Source of the DNA: Patescibacteria group bacterium
Lineage (GTDB): Bacteria > Patescibacteriota > Patescibacteriia > XYB2-FULL-38-15
Length of the DNA stretch: 64,000 bases
Direction: 5' to 3'
NCBI GenBank assembly: GCA_041650995.1
Contig: JBAZJZ010000003.1
Span: 22,662-86,661, forward strand
Notes under the pieces: generated by a model
Told to the model about the DNA's origin: nothing
What the model saw: the letters and a program-made list of their open reading frames with translations, nothing else
Database searches by the model: none
Made by a program: the position numbers and the translations under genes
Shown here: one piece after another, positions 45,414 through 54,494 of the stretch
Numbering within the stretch: position 1 is the first letter of the stretch
Layout of the letters: every line of letters begins with the position of its first letter

Positions 45414-46754
45414 ATGAAAGTGAGCACCGATGAAAAAAAAATCCAAGAGTTTCTGACGCGGGGGGTGGAAAATGTTTATCCGTCACGCGAAGAATTTGAA
45501 AAAGCGCTGCGAAGTGGAAAACAACTTACCATTTATAATGGTATTGACCCGACCGGTCTGACGCTTCATATTGGCCATGGCGTAGTGCTTTTAAAATTGC
45601 GCCAGTTGCAGGAACTCGGTCATAAAATAATTTTGTTGATTGGTGATTTTACCGGAATGATCGGCGATCCGACCGACAAGACGGCGACGAGAAAAAAATT
45701 AACGCGTAAAGAAGTGTTAGTAAATTGTAAAAATTACGCCAAGCAGGCCGGAAAGATTTTGGATATGAAAAAAGTCGATCTCAAATATAACAGTAAGTGG
45801 CTGGGGAAATTGAAATTTGCCGATATCGTGGAGTTGGCTTCTCATTTTACTGTACAGAGGATGCGTGAGCGAGATATGTTTTTAGAGAGAATGGCAGTAT
45901 GGGCCGCATGTAGACATTGTAAAAATAAATTTATTTCCCCGATACAGTTTAGTAAAGAAAGTTTTGATACAGCTCAGCTAAGTGGAAACACCACAGTTTG
46001 CCCGAATTGTCATAAGATAACAGGTTTAGATAAAAGTGATTTAATTTTTGAAACAGAACCAGTTTATCTTCATGAATTTTTGTATCCCCTGATGCAAGCG
46101 TATGACAGTGTGGCCATGGATGTTGATGCAGAAGTTGGCGGTAACGACCAGACATTTAATATGTTGGCTGGACGCGATTTAATGAAAGAATTAAAAAATA
46201 AAGAAAAATTTGTTTTGACGACGAAATTGCTCGTTGATCCGACCGGGAAAAAGATGGGCAAGACTGAAGGAAATATGGTGACGCTTGAAGATACACCGGA
46301 AGAGATGTATGGGAAAGTGATGAGCTGGCCGGATACTTTAATGCCCGTGGCTTTTGAAATTTGTACGCGCGTGCCAACGGATGAAATAAAAAATATTTTA
46401 GCCGGCGATCCGCGCGATGCAAAAATGCGCTTGGCGCGGGAAATTGTGACGTTGTATCATTCAGCCAAGGATGCGGAGAAGGCGGAAGAAAATTTTATTA
46501 AAGTTTTTCAGAAAAAAGAAGCGCCAAGTGAAGTTTTAAGTTTTAAGTTAAAAGTTAAAAGTTTAAACATCCTTGATTTGCTTGTGGAAACTAAACTGGC
46601 GGCGAGCAAGGGCGAAGCGCGAAGATTAGTGGAACAGGGCGGCGTAAAGGTGGGCGACCAAATTATTAATGATATTAACGCCGTAATAGAAATTCCTGCC
46701 GAGGGAGTTTTGATTCAAAAAGGAAAAAGACATTTTGTAAAAGTTAAAAGTTAA
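45414..46754 (+). CDS. tyrS: Tyrosyl-tRNA synthetase with CxxC...CxxC insertion and C-terminal S4 domain
   Basis: GIDPTGLTLHIGHG (HIGH), KMGKT (KMSKS). About 55-aa insertion carrying CRHC...CPNC. S4-like C-terminus. Confidence 0.85.
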   Translation: MKVSTDEKKIQEFLTRGVENVYPSREEFEKALRSGKQLTIYNGIDPTGLTLHIGHGVVLLKLRQLQELGHKIILLIGDFTGMIGDPTDKTATRKKLTRKEVLVNCKNYAKQAGKILDMKKVDLKYNSKWLGKLKFADIVELASHFTVQRMRERDMFLERMAVWAACRHCKNKFISPIQFSKESFDTAQLSGNTTVCPNCHKITGLDKSDLIFETEPVYLHEFLYPLMQAYDSVAMDVDAEVGGNDQTFNMLAGRDLMKELKNKEKFVLTTKLLVDPTGKKMGKTEGNMVTLEDTPEEMYGKVMSWPDTLMPVAFEICTRVPTDEIKNILAGDPRDAKMRLAREIVTLYHSAKDAEKAEENFIKVFQKKEAPSEVLSFKLKVKSLNILDLLVETKLAASKGEARRLVEQGGVKVGDQIINDINAVIEIPAEGVLIQKGKRHFVKVKS

Positions 46755-46760
46755 AATTCC

Positions 46761-48476
46761 ATGTGGTTAAAAATAAAAAAAGAAGTTACTGGTTTGGTTA
46801 AGAAAAATTTTCCAGATCTTCCAATCTCGGAAGAAGATTTTGCTTTTCCACCGAATCCGGAATTTGGAGACTTGTCTTTGCCATGTTTTAATTTTACCAA
46901 GGCGCTTGGAAATTCGCCGCTGGAAATCGCTAAAGAACTGGGTGAAAAAATTGAGCCATCCGGTATTGTCGGGAAAATTGTCGCGGCCGGGCCGTATCTT
47001 AATTTTTTTCTTGATAAAAGAGAAATGGCAAGATTGGTTTTAAACCAAATTTTGAAAGAAAAAGAAAAATTCGGAAACAGCAAGATAGGAAAAGGGAAGA
47101 GAGTGATGATAGAATTTTCCAATGCCAATACTCATAAAGAATATCATGTTGGCCATCTTCGAAATCTTTGTTACGGCGACGCGGTGACGCGATTGCTTTC
47201 CGCTTCCGGGCACAAAGCGATTCCCGTTTCATATATTAATGATTTTGGAATTCACGTTGCCAAGACACTTTGGTTTATGGAGAAGGATCAACATGCTCAA
47301 GGGATAATAAAGCAAAACACTGTTGAAGATAAAGGTTTCTTTTTGGGTAGGATGTATTCAGCTGCAACAAAAAAGATTGATGAAATCGGGGATAATGCAA
47401 AAAAGGAAGTTGGAGAATACATGACAAAAATTGAAAGTCGGCGCGGTCCGGAATATAAATTTTGGCAAGAGACGCGGGAGTGGAGCATCAAACAATTCGC
47501 GGAAATTTATGAAGAGATGGGCGTTAGTTTTGATAATATTTTTTACGAAAGCGAAGTGATTGATGAAGGCAGAAAAATAGTGGAGGAACTTTACCAAAAA
47601 AAATTTTTGGTAAAAAGTCAGGGAGCGATTATTGCCAATTTGGAAAAATACAATCTTGGCGTTCTGCTTTTTTTGCGCTCCGACGGGACGGCGCTTTATC
47701 CCGTGGCAGATCTGCCGCTCGCGTTAAAGAAGTTTAAAAAATATAAATTGAATGAATCGATTTATGTGGTTGACGTTCGGCAGAGTTTGTATTTTGAGCA
47801 GTTATTTAAAATTTTAGAATTGCTAGGATATAAACAAAAGATGGTTCATTTGGGATATGAATTTGTAAAATTGCCGTCGGGAATGATGTCTTCGCGCACA
47901 GGTAATGTCATTACTTATGAAGAATTACGGGAAGAGGCAATGAAGCGGGCAATTGACGAAACAACAAAACGCCATGCTAACTGGAGCGAAGAACAAATTA
48001 AGGAGACGGCGAAAAAAATTGTTGTTGGAGCGATGAGATTTGAAATGGTAAAAGTTGGTAAAGAACAAACAATCACTTTTGATATTGACAGAGCACTACA
48101 TTTTGAGGGTTTTACCGCCGCGTATCTGCAATACACGCACGCGAGAATTTGTTCCATTATTCGCAAGGCGGGAATAAAGATATCGGGGAAAATTGATTTT
48201 GATAAATTCAGAGAAAAATGGGAATATAATTTAGTGATTGAATTGGCGAAGTTTCCAGAGATTTTGGAAAAAGCGGCGCGCACTTATAGCCCAGCGGTGT
48301 TGGCTGATTATCTTTATGATTTGGCAAAAATTTTCAGTGATTTTTATCGAGATGTCAAAGTGATTGGAGCTGATCCGGAAGCGGGAAAAGCGAGAATTGC
48401 CCTAATTCACGCGGTGAAAATTGTTTTAGCTAAAGGTTTGGCAATTTTGGGCATGGCCGCGCCGGAAGAAATGTAG
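46761..48476 (+). CDS. argS: Arginyl-tRNA synthetase
   Basis: NANTHKEYHVGHLRN (HIGH), DALR anticodon-binding C-terminus (AAYLQYTHARICSI). Confidence 0.85.
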   Translation: MWLKIKKEVTGLVKKNFPDLPISEEDFAFPPNPEFGDLSLPCFNFTKALGNSPLEIAKELGEKIEPSGIVGKIVAAGPYLNFFLDKREMARLVLNQILKEKEKFGNSKIGKGKRVMIEFSNANTHKEYHVGHLRNLCYGDAVTRLLSASGHKAIPVSYINDFGIHVAKTLWFMEKDQHAQGIIKQNTVEDKGFFLGRMYSAATKKIDEIGDNAKKEVGEYMTKIESRRGPEYKFWQETREWSIKQFAEIYEEMGVSFDNIFYESEVIDEGRKIVEELYQKKFLVKSQGAIIANLEKYNLGVLLFLRSDGTALYPVADLPLALKKFKKYKLNESIYVVDVRQSLYFEQLFKILELLGYKQKMVHLGYEFVKLPSGMMSSRTGNVITYEELREEAMKRAIDETTKRHANWSEEQIKETAKKIVVGAMRFEMVKVGKEQTITFDIDRALHFEGFTAAYLQYTHARICSIIRKAGIKISGKIDFDKFREKWEYNLVIELAKFPEILEKAARTYSPAVLADYLYDLAKIFSDFYRDVKVIGADPEAGKARIALIHAVKIVLAKGLAILGMAAPEEM

Positions 48477-48547
48477 GTCTTGTTTTAGAGATTTTAAGAT
48501 GGTAAAATAAAAGAGTGATTTTAAAATTAGGTTTAAAATTAAAACTT

Positions 48548-48955
48548 ATGTTTAAAGAAATGTATCCAAAAGAAGGAGGGGATGTAGAGACAATCATTGG
48601 GCCTTCGGTAAAAGTTGAGGGAGATTTTACAAGCAAGGGTAATGTGACCGTGGAAGGAGTGGTTCACGGGTCTTTAAAAACTGAAAAAGATTTGAAAGTC
48701 GGAGTGGGCGCGAAAATTTCCGCCAGCGTTTTTGCCAACAATGCTTTTATTGCCGGAGAGGTTAAGGGTAATGTAAAAGCGAGCGGTCGGCTGGAGCTTA
48801 CTGACACTTCAAAAATTTATGGCGACATCGAAGCCAAAACAATCATAATGTCTGCTGGAGCATTGATGAATGGAAAATGTACGATGTGCAACGACGCCCT
48901 GCCGCTTCCCCATCTTCAAGATAACGACGCCCTGAAAAAGAATAACAAAAAGTAG
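48548..48955 (+). CDS. Bactofilin
   Basis: DUF583 pattern IIGPSVKVEGDF...GNVTVEGVVHG...GEVKGNVKASG. The track start (48515) is GTG; first ATG at 48548. Confidence 0.7.
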   Translation: MFKEMYPKEGGDVETIIGPSVKVEGDFTSKGNVTVEGVVHGSLKTEKDLKVGVGAKISASVFANNAFIAGEVKGNVKASGRLELTDTSKIYGDIEAKTIIMSAGALMNGKCTMCNDALPLPHLQDNDALKKNNKK

Positions 48956-48997
48956 CCACGGTTTTGTATTTTTGAGTTTCGTTTTTAGTTTTTTGTT

Positions 48998-49747
48998 ATG
49001 TATCAATATATTTACGATGCTTTTCTCTCGGAGGAAAAGTATCTCCGCCCAATGACGATTATTGAGAATCGTCTCGCCGATCTTGGACTTCAAGGGCGGG
49101 TAAATCGCCTAAATCTTTTTAAAGATCCTCGAGAGCTTATTCTAGAAGGAATAAAAAGAGGCGTGGATACTGTGGTGGCGGTAGGAAATGATGAAACACT
49201 TTCACGGGTGGTTAACGCCGTCGGCGATTTTAATTTAACTGTCGGCATGATTCCGATAGGTCCGAAAAACGAGATAACGAGAATCCTGGGAGTTGAGGAG
49301 GGTCTTTTAGCCTGCGATTGTCTTTCCAGCCGTTTAATCAGAAAAATAGATTTAGGAAAAATTAACGATATTTATTTTCTGGCTCACCTGAAAGCAGGGT
49401 CAGAAGTAAGTTTAAGATACGGAAAAGATTATCAGGTCAGGTCGCTTACAAATAATTTGGTGGAAATTTATAATTTGCCTACGCGGGAAGAGCAAGCAGA
49501 TCCGGAAGACGGTTATCTTGAGGCGCGCATCAGGCCATCGGAAAGAAAAATTTTTAAAAAAAATAGCAAGGGAGATTTTTCGCTTGATGGAAAAAGTTAT
49601 TTTCCGGTGCGTAAAGTTATTTTGGAAGGAAATGAAGGATCAAAAATTTTAGTTGATGGCTTAAAGCTAGTCAGTACTCCGGCTGAAGTTCAAATTTTGC
49701 CGCGTCAATTAAAAGTCATTGTAGGGAAAAATAGGTTTTTTAAATAA
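48998..49747 (+). CDS. Diacylglycerol-kinase catalytic-domain family lipid kinase (DAGK_cat/YegS-like)
   Basis: VVAVGNDETLSRVVNAV (GGDGT-type motif variant). Confidence 0.45.
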   Translation: MYQYIYDAFLSEEKYLRPMTIIENRLADLGLQGRVNRLNLFKDPRELILEGIKRGVDTVVAVGNDETLSRVVNAVGDFNLTVGMIPIGPKNEITRILGVEEGLLACDCLSSRLIRKIDLGKINDIYFLAHLKAGSEVSLRYGKDYQVRSLTNNLVEIYNLPTREEQADPEDGYLEARIRPSERKIFKKNSKGDFSLDGKSYFPVRKVILEGNEGSKILVDGLKLVSTPAEVQILPRQLKVIVGKNRFFK

Positions 49748-49764
49748 AAAGTAAAATATTTAAT

Positions 49765-49956
49765 ATGAAACCAAAAATAGACAGAGATCTATGCATTGGC
49801 TGCGGACTTTGTGAATCGCTTTGTCCAGCGGTTTTTAAGCTTGATGACGGAAAGTCGGTGGTTTTGGAAGGTGTTGATTACAAGGCAAACAGGGAATGCA
49901 CTCAAAAGGCCATTGAAAATTGTCCAGTGCAGGCAATCAGTTGGGAAGAAAAATAA
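49765..49956 (+). CDS. Ferredoxin (single [4Fe-4S]/[3Fe-4S] type, 63 aa)
   Basis: CIGCGLCESLCP...C cluster motif. Confidence 0.7.
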   Translation: MKPKIDRDLCIGCGLCESLCPAVFKLDDGKSVVLEGVDYKANRECTQKAIENCPVQAISWEEK

Positions 49957-50002
49957 GATATAGCCAAAATTCATGGGATGTGATAAATTGGGCGATAGGT
50001 TT

Positions 50003-50086
50003 GCCCAGGTGGCGGAATTGGCATACGCGCATGCTTGAGGTGCATGTTCCCGCAAGGGATTGGAGGTTCGAGTCCTCTCCTGGGCA
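50003..50086 (+). tRNA. tRNA-Leu (anticodon GAG), type II with long variable arm
   Basis: Acceptor GCCCAGG/CCTGGGC, anticodon loop TTGAGGT, 15-nt variable arm, T-loop TTCGAGT. Confidence 0.8.
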
Positions 50087-50178
50087 TATAAATTTTGTAT
50101 CTCTTTTTAGAGATTACAAAATTTATATAGTGCTCGAGGTGGCGAGAATTTCCCCCCTGTTAAGCCTTCGGGAAATTC

Positions 50179-50199
50179 TTCGAGTCCTCTCCTGGGCAT
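50179..50199 (+). pseudogene. Duplicated 21-nt 3' fragment of tRNA-Leu (att-like direct repeat)
   Basis: TTCGAGTCCTCTCCTGGGCAT is identical to 50066-50086(87). Preceded by perfect hairpins at 50089-50127 and 50142-50178. Confidence 0.6.
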
Positions 50200-50255
50200 T
50201 TGAGGAATTCGGTTTGGCGGAAGAGCATTCCTCACTTTCTTTTATTCCGCCCTTG

Positions 50256-50329
50256 GGGCGGCTAGCTCAGCTGGTTAGAGCGTCTCGTTTACACCGAGAA
50301 GGCCGGGGGTTCGAATCCCTCGCCGCCCA
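50256..50329 (+). tRNA. tRNA-Val (anticodon TAC)
   Basis: Acceptor and D-arm identical to tRNA-Val(GAC). Anticodon loop TTTACAC. Confidence 0.85.
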
Positions 50330-50345
50330 TTGTTAGTAAATAATT

Positions 50346-50597
50346 ATGATAACAAGAATTATAGTTGGAGTTATCGGGACAGTTATTGGTTCAATAATGG
50401 TCATCAAATCAGAATGGCTTCTGTCTTTTTTCGGCCGAATTAATTGGGCAGAAATTCATCTTGGCGCTGAGGGCGGCACAAGACTTTTTTACAAATTGAT
50501 CGGTATTTTGGCAATCATCATCTCGCTCATGATTATGACTGGTATGATTGAGGGTTTGCTCTTCGCGATTTTCGGTCCGTTATTTGGGCAACGTTGA
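50346..50597 (+). CDS. Small membrane protein (83 aa)
   Basis: Two TM helices. Confidence 0.35.
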   Translation: MITRIIVGVIGTVIGSIMVIKSEWLLSFFGRINWAEIHLGAEGGTRLFYKLIGILAIIISLMIMTGMIEGLLFAIFGPLFGQR

Positions 50598-50633
50598 GTT
50601 TAAAAAACAATAAATTAATTTTTTTAAATTTTT

Positions 50634-51203
50634 ATGCCCGAAGAATTAAAAGTTTTAAAAATTTCCGGTGGCAATGCTTTGCTTGACCCGTATGTTATTT
50701 TTGAACAGATTGGTTTGGGAGTTGGCGCCAAAATGGCTGACTTGGGTTGTGGCGCGGCCGGTCATTTTGTTATTCCGGCGGCAAAAATCGTCGGAGAAAA
50801 AGGGGCTGTTTATGCCGTGGATCTTTTAAAGTCAGTTCTCGAAGCAGTAAAAAGCAGAGCAAGGCTTGAAGGGGTGGGCAACATTGAAACTGTTTGGTCG
50901 AATCTTGAAATCTACGGAGCAACAGACATTGAAGAGGGCAGTCTTGATTTAGTACTTTTGGCCAACACGCTTTTTCAAATTCCAAAAAGAGAAGAGGTTT
51001 TTCGGGAAGCGGTAAGACTTACGAAGAAGGGTGGAAAAATCGCGGTAGTAGAATGGGGGCTTTTGGCCGCGCCGCTTGGTCCGCCGTTAGATCGTCGCCT
51101 TAACAAAGATGCGGTAAGAGAATTGGCGCGGGCTAGTGGTTTGACTGAGGTTAAAGAATTTAAGGCTGGGCCATATCATTACGGATTAATTTTTTCCAAA
51201 TAG
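50634..51203 (+). CDS. Class I SAM-dependent methyltransferase
   Basis: Motif I MADLGCGAAGH, motif II AVDL. Confidence 0.6.
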   Translation: MPEELKVLKISGGNALLDPYVIFEQIGLGVGAKMADLGCGAAGHFVIPAAKIVGEKGAVYAVDLLKSVLEAVKSRARLEGVGNIETVWSNLEIYGATDIEEGSLDLVLLANTLFQIPKREEVFREAVRLTKKGGKIAVVEWGLLAAPLGPPLDRRLNKDAVRELARASGLTEVKEFKAGPYHYGLIFSK

Positions 51204-51222
51204 TATAAAATAAAAAATAAAT

Positions 51223-51627
51223 ATGATTAATTTTGTGAGATTATTAGATTTAAATTTTTGGTTTGCTCTTCGGCCGGCCGCCCTAAGCGAACGGACGATG
51301 GTTATTTTAGTAGTCGGTTTCGCCGTATTTTTGGTACTGGCAATTGTTTGCGGTATTTCAGCAAAGGTTAAAAAACAAAACCCGCCTCTAGCGAAGCTTT
51401 TTCGAAAATTGAAAAAGATGCTTTCTACTATGGGCATACTCGGTTTTATTGTTTTATTTTTTAGCTATGAACAGATTTATCTTTTAGGCAGCCGTTTTTG
51501 GTTTTTGTTATGGTTTATCGGTTTTGTCGTTTGGGCAGTTTTTATTGTTCTTTACGCGGTGAAAAAAATGCCGAAAGAAAAAGATGAATTAGAAAAAAAA
51601 CAAAAATACCTTAAATATTTAGCCTAG
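51223..51627 (+). CDS. Membrane protein (134 aa)
   Basis: 3 TM helices. Confidence 0.35.
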   Translation: MINFVRLLDLNFWFALRPAALSERTMVILVVGFAVFLVLAIVCGISAKVKKQNPPLAKLFRKLKKMLSTMGILGFIVLFFSYEQIYLLGSRFWFLLWFIGFVVWAVFIVLYAVKKMPKEKDELEKKQKYLKYLA

Positions 51628-51634
51628 ACAAATA

Positions 51635-52003
51635 ATGTCGCACGATCGTCAGGATTTGGGGAAATTGGGAGAAGAATTGGCTTGCGATTTTTTGAAAAAA
51701 CAAGGATATATAATTCTCGATAATAATTATCGGACTCGCGGCGGAGAAATAGATATTGTGGCAAAGGAAGGTGAAATGATAGTTTTTGTTGAAGTGAAAA
51801 CTAGGGTGAGCAGAGAATTCGGTTATCCGGAAGAAGCGATTGACGCTCGGAAGCAGCATAAATTGGCCATGACCGCGGAGTGTTATCTTGCAACTCACGA
51901 ATTATATGAAAAAGATTACCGGATTGACGCGATTGGTATAGAAATGGAGCGCGATGGCCGATTAAAAAATTTGCGCCACGAAAAAGACGTTGTGGGGTGG
52001 TAG
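51635..52003 (+). CDS. yraN: YraN-family (UPF0102) endonuclease-like protein
   Basis: GEELACDFLKKQGYIILDNNYRTRGGEIDIVAKEG..VFVEVKTR matches the UPF0102 signature. Confidence 0.7.
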   Translation: MSHDRQDLGKLGEELACDFLKKQGYIILDNNYRTRGGEIDIVAKEGEMIVFVEVKTRVSREFGYPEEAIDARKQHKLAMTAECYLATHELYEKDYRIDAIGIEMERDGRLKNLRHEKDVVGW

Positions 52004-52098
52004 CACTTGATTTATTTATTATCATGTGTTATGATAAAAATGTAACTAGTTCCTTCCGGACTAGTTTATTTAATAAGTAAAAGTAAATATTAGAAATT

Positions 52099-53346
52099 AT
52101 GGCTTCACCCATTTATCAGGCGATCAAGCAAATTTGCGAAGAAAAAAATATTAAACCAGAATCAGTTATCGAAACTATCGAGGCGGCGCTCGCAGCGGCA
52201 TACCGCAAAGATTTTGGTACTAAAAATCAAAATATTAAAGTTGAATTTAATTCAGAAAGCGGAGATTTTCGGGTTTTTGATATAAAAACTGTGGCGACCG
52301 ATGAGCTCGCCGCCAAATATGAAGAAGAGAAAAAAGAAAGAGAAGAAAGAATTAAGGAGGGGCTGCCAGAAGAGAAAAAAGAAAGAGAAGAAAAGCCAGA
52401 GGAAACTGAAGGCGAAGAAGAATTGAAATTTAATCCAAAATTAAATTTAAGTCTTGCTGAAGCGCGGGCGTTGAAAGCCGATGCGAAATTAGATGAAGTT
52501 ATTAAAACCGAACTTGAGGTACCGGGAGCGTTTGGCCGTATGGCTGCTCAGACCGCGAAACAGGTAATTATCCAAAAATTAAGAGAAGCCGAGAGGGATA
52601 CTTTATATAATGAATTTAAAGGTAAAGAGGGGGAGATTTTGCAGGGAGTCATTCAAAGAACCGAAGGCAAGATGGTATTGGTTGATCTTGGCCACGTGAC
52701 CGCCCTTTTACCTCCTGATGAACAAATCGAAAAAGAAAAATATGCGCCAGGTTCGCGTATGAAATTTTATTTGAGGGAGGTAACCATGACGACAAAAGGA
52801 CCGCAACTTATTGTTTCCCGCGCGCATCCGGAAATTCTCAATAAACTTTTTACTTTTGAAATTCCAGAAATCGCGAATGGCGTGGTAAAAATTAGAGCGA
52901 TCGCAAGAGAGGCTGGCTCCAGATCTAAAGTCGCGGTTTCAACCGAGGATGAAAATATTGATCCGATTGGCTCATGCATCGGACAGAGAGGCACGCGTAT
53001 TCAGACAATCATAAACGAATTAAACGGCGAAAAAATAGATGTTATCCAGTGGAGCGATGATATAAAAGATCTTATCGCGAATGCCCTTTCTCCGGCTAAA
53101 ATTTCCAACATTGAAATTAAGGAGGAAGAAAAATCCGCTTTCGTCGAGGTCAAGGCGGACCAGCTTTCTTTGGCGATTGGCCGCGGTGGACAAAATGTTC
53201 GTTTAGCCGCCAAGTTAACTGGTTGGAAAATCAACATCGGAGGCGGAGAAGCGGCAACTGAAGAAGGGAGAGAAGAAAAAGCGGAGACGGGAGAAGATTT
53301 GCCAAAAGAAAGTTCAGAAGAAAAAAAAGAGGAAGAATCAAAATAA
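52099..53346 (+). CDS. nusA: Transcription termination/antitermination factor NusA (with Glu/Lys-rich insertion and acidic C-tail)
   Basis: N-terminal domain, S1, KH1/KH2 (GSCIGQRGTRIQ...; IGRGGQNVRLA). Tandem DNA repeat at 52325-52395. Confidence 0.85.
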   Translation: MASPIYQAIKQICEEKNIKPESVIETIEAALAAAYRKDFGTKNQNIKVEFNSESGDFRVFDIKTVATDELAAKYEEEKKEREERIKEGLPEEKKEREEKPEETEGEEELKFNPKLNLSLAEARALKADAKLDEVIKTELEVPGAFGRMAAQTAKQVIIQKLREAERDTLYNEFKGKEGEILQGVIQRTEGKMVLVDLGHVTALLPPDEQIEKEKYAPGSRMKFYLREVTMTTKGPQLIVSRAHPEILNKLFTFEIPEIANGVVKIRAIAREAGSRSKVAVSTEDENIDPIGSCIGQRGTRIQTIINELNGEKIDVIQWSDDIKDLIANALSPAKISNIEIKEEEKSAFVEVKADQLSLAIGRGGQNVRLAAKLTGWKINIGGGEAATEEGREEKAETGEDLPKESSEEKKEEESK

Positions 53347-53389
53347 TAAATTTAAACTTCGCTTATAATTATTTAATATTTTAAATTTT

Positions 53390-54130
53390 GTGATTGCACT
53401 TTTTAACACAATTTTTTATCAGCCGCTTTTTAATTTATTAGTTTGGTTTTATAATGTTATTCCTGGACATGATATTGGCATAGCGATCGTGCTTCTGACA
53501 ATTTTGATAAAATTAATTCTTTATCCGTTTTCCCTGCAGGCGATTCGCGCTCAAAAAGCGCTTGCCGAACTTCAGCCAAAGATGGAGGAATTAAAAGTCA
53601 AATACAAAGGTCAAAAGGAAGAGATGTCAAAGGCGATGATGGCTCTTTATAAGGAACATAAGGTTAATCCACTGTCGTCTTGTTTCCCAGTTTTAATTCA
53701 GTTGCCGTTTTTAATCGCCGTATACCAAGTTTTTATTCACGGTTTGAGCTCACAGGGATTAGAAAACCTTTATTCTTTCGTGGCTAATCCAGGTCATATC
53801 AATGCTGTTTCTTTCGGATTTCTTGATCTTTCAAAATCAAATATAGTTTTGGCAATCCTCGCTGGCGCGGCGCAGTTCTGGCAGGCAAAAATGATGCCGA
53901 GGGCCAAACCGAGTCCAAAAGTTCCGGGATCAAAAGATGAGAGTATGACAGCGATGATGAATAAACAGATGTTGTATTTTATGCCAGCCATTACTGTTTT
54001 TATCGGGGCGACCTTGCCTGGCGGTCTTACTTTTTATTGGTTTCTTACTACGCTTTTGACTGCTCTTCAACAATATTTTTATTTTAAAAAAGATAAGAAG
54101 TCTGATAATAAGCAACAAATAATGCCATAA
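53390..54130 (+). CDS. yidC: Membrane protein insertase YidC (short Oxa1-like form)
   Basis: 5 TM. PLSSCFPVLIQLPFLIAVYQV (conserved YidC TM2/TM3 region). Confidence 0.75.
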   Translation: MIALFNTIFYQPLFNLLVWFYNVIPGHDIGIAIVLLTILIKLILYPFSLQAIRAQKALAELQPKMEELKVKYKGQKEEMSKAMMALYKEHKVNPLSSCFPVLIQLPFLIAVYQVFIHGLSSQGLENLYSFVANPGHINAVSFGFLDLSKSNIVLAILAGAAQFWQAKMMPRAKPSPKVPGSKDESMTAMMNKQMLYFMPAITVFIGATLPGGLTFYWFLTTLLTALQQYFYFKKDKKSDNKQQIMP

Positions 54131-54149
54131 TTTTGGTGATAAGTTATTT

Positions 54150-54494
54150 ATGACCATAAGTCATAAAAATTTAATTGGTTTGCCGGTACAAACAAAAAGC
54201 GGTTTGCTTTTGGGAAAGATTGGAAGTTTTGAAATTGAAAGTGATACCCAAACCGTTTTGCGTTATATTGTTAAAAGTAGAAATTTGATCAGCAAATTAT
54301 TATCTGAAAAGGTTAGCGAAATAATAATCAGCCGAAACCAGGTAATATTTTTAGATGAGGAAAAAATGATTGTTGACGACGCTTCGGTTAAAGAATTCGG
54401 CGGCGTTAATGTGCTCCAAAGAGCGGAGAAAAATGCGCCGGCGCTCGGAAGCCGTTTAAGCATTTCAAAAATTAATGGAGAATGTTCAAAATAA
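54150..54494 (+). CDS. PRC-barrel domain protein
   Basis: LIGLPVQTKSGLLLGKIGSFEIESDT pattern. Confidence 0.4.
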   Translation: MTISHKNLIGLPVQTKSGLLLGKIGSFEIESDTQTVLRYIVKSRNLISKLLSEKVSEIIISRNQVIFLDEEKMIVDDASVKEFGGVNVLQRAEKNAPALGSRLSISKINGECSK

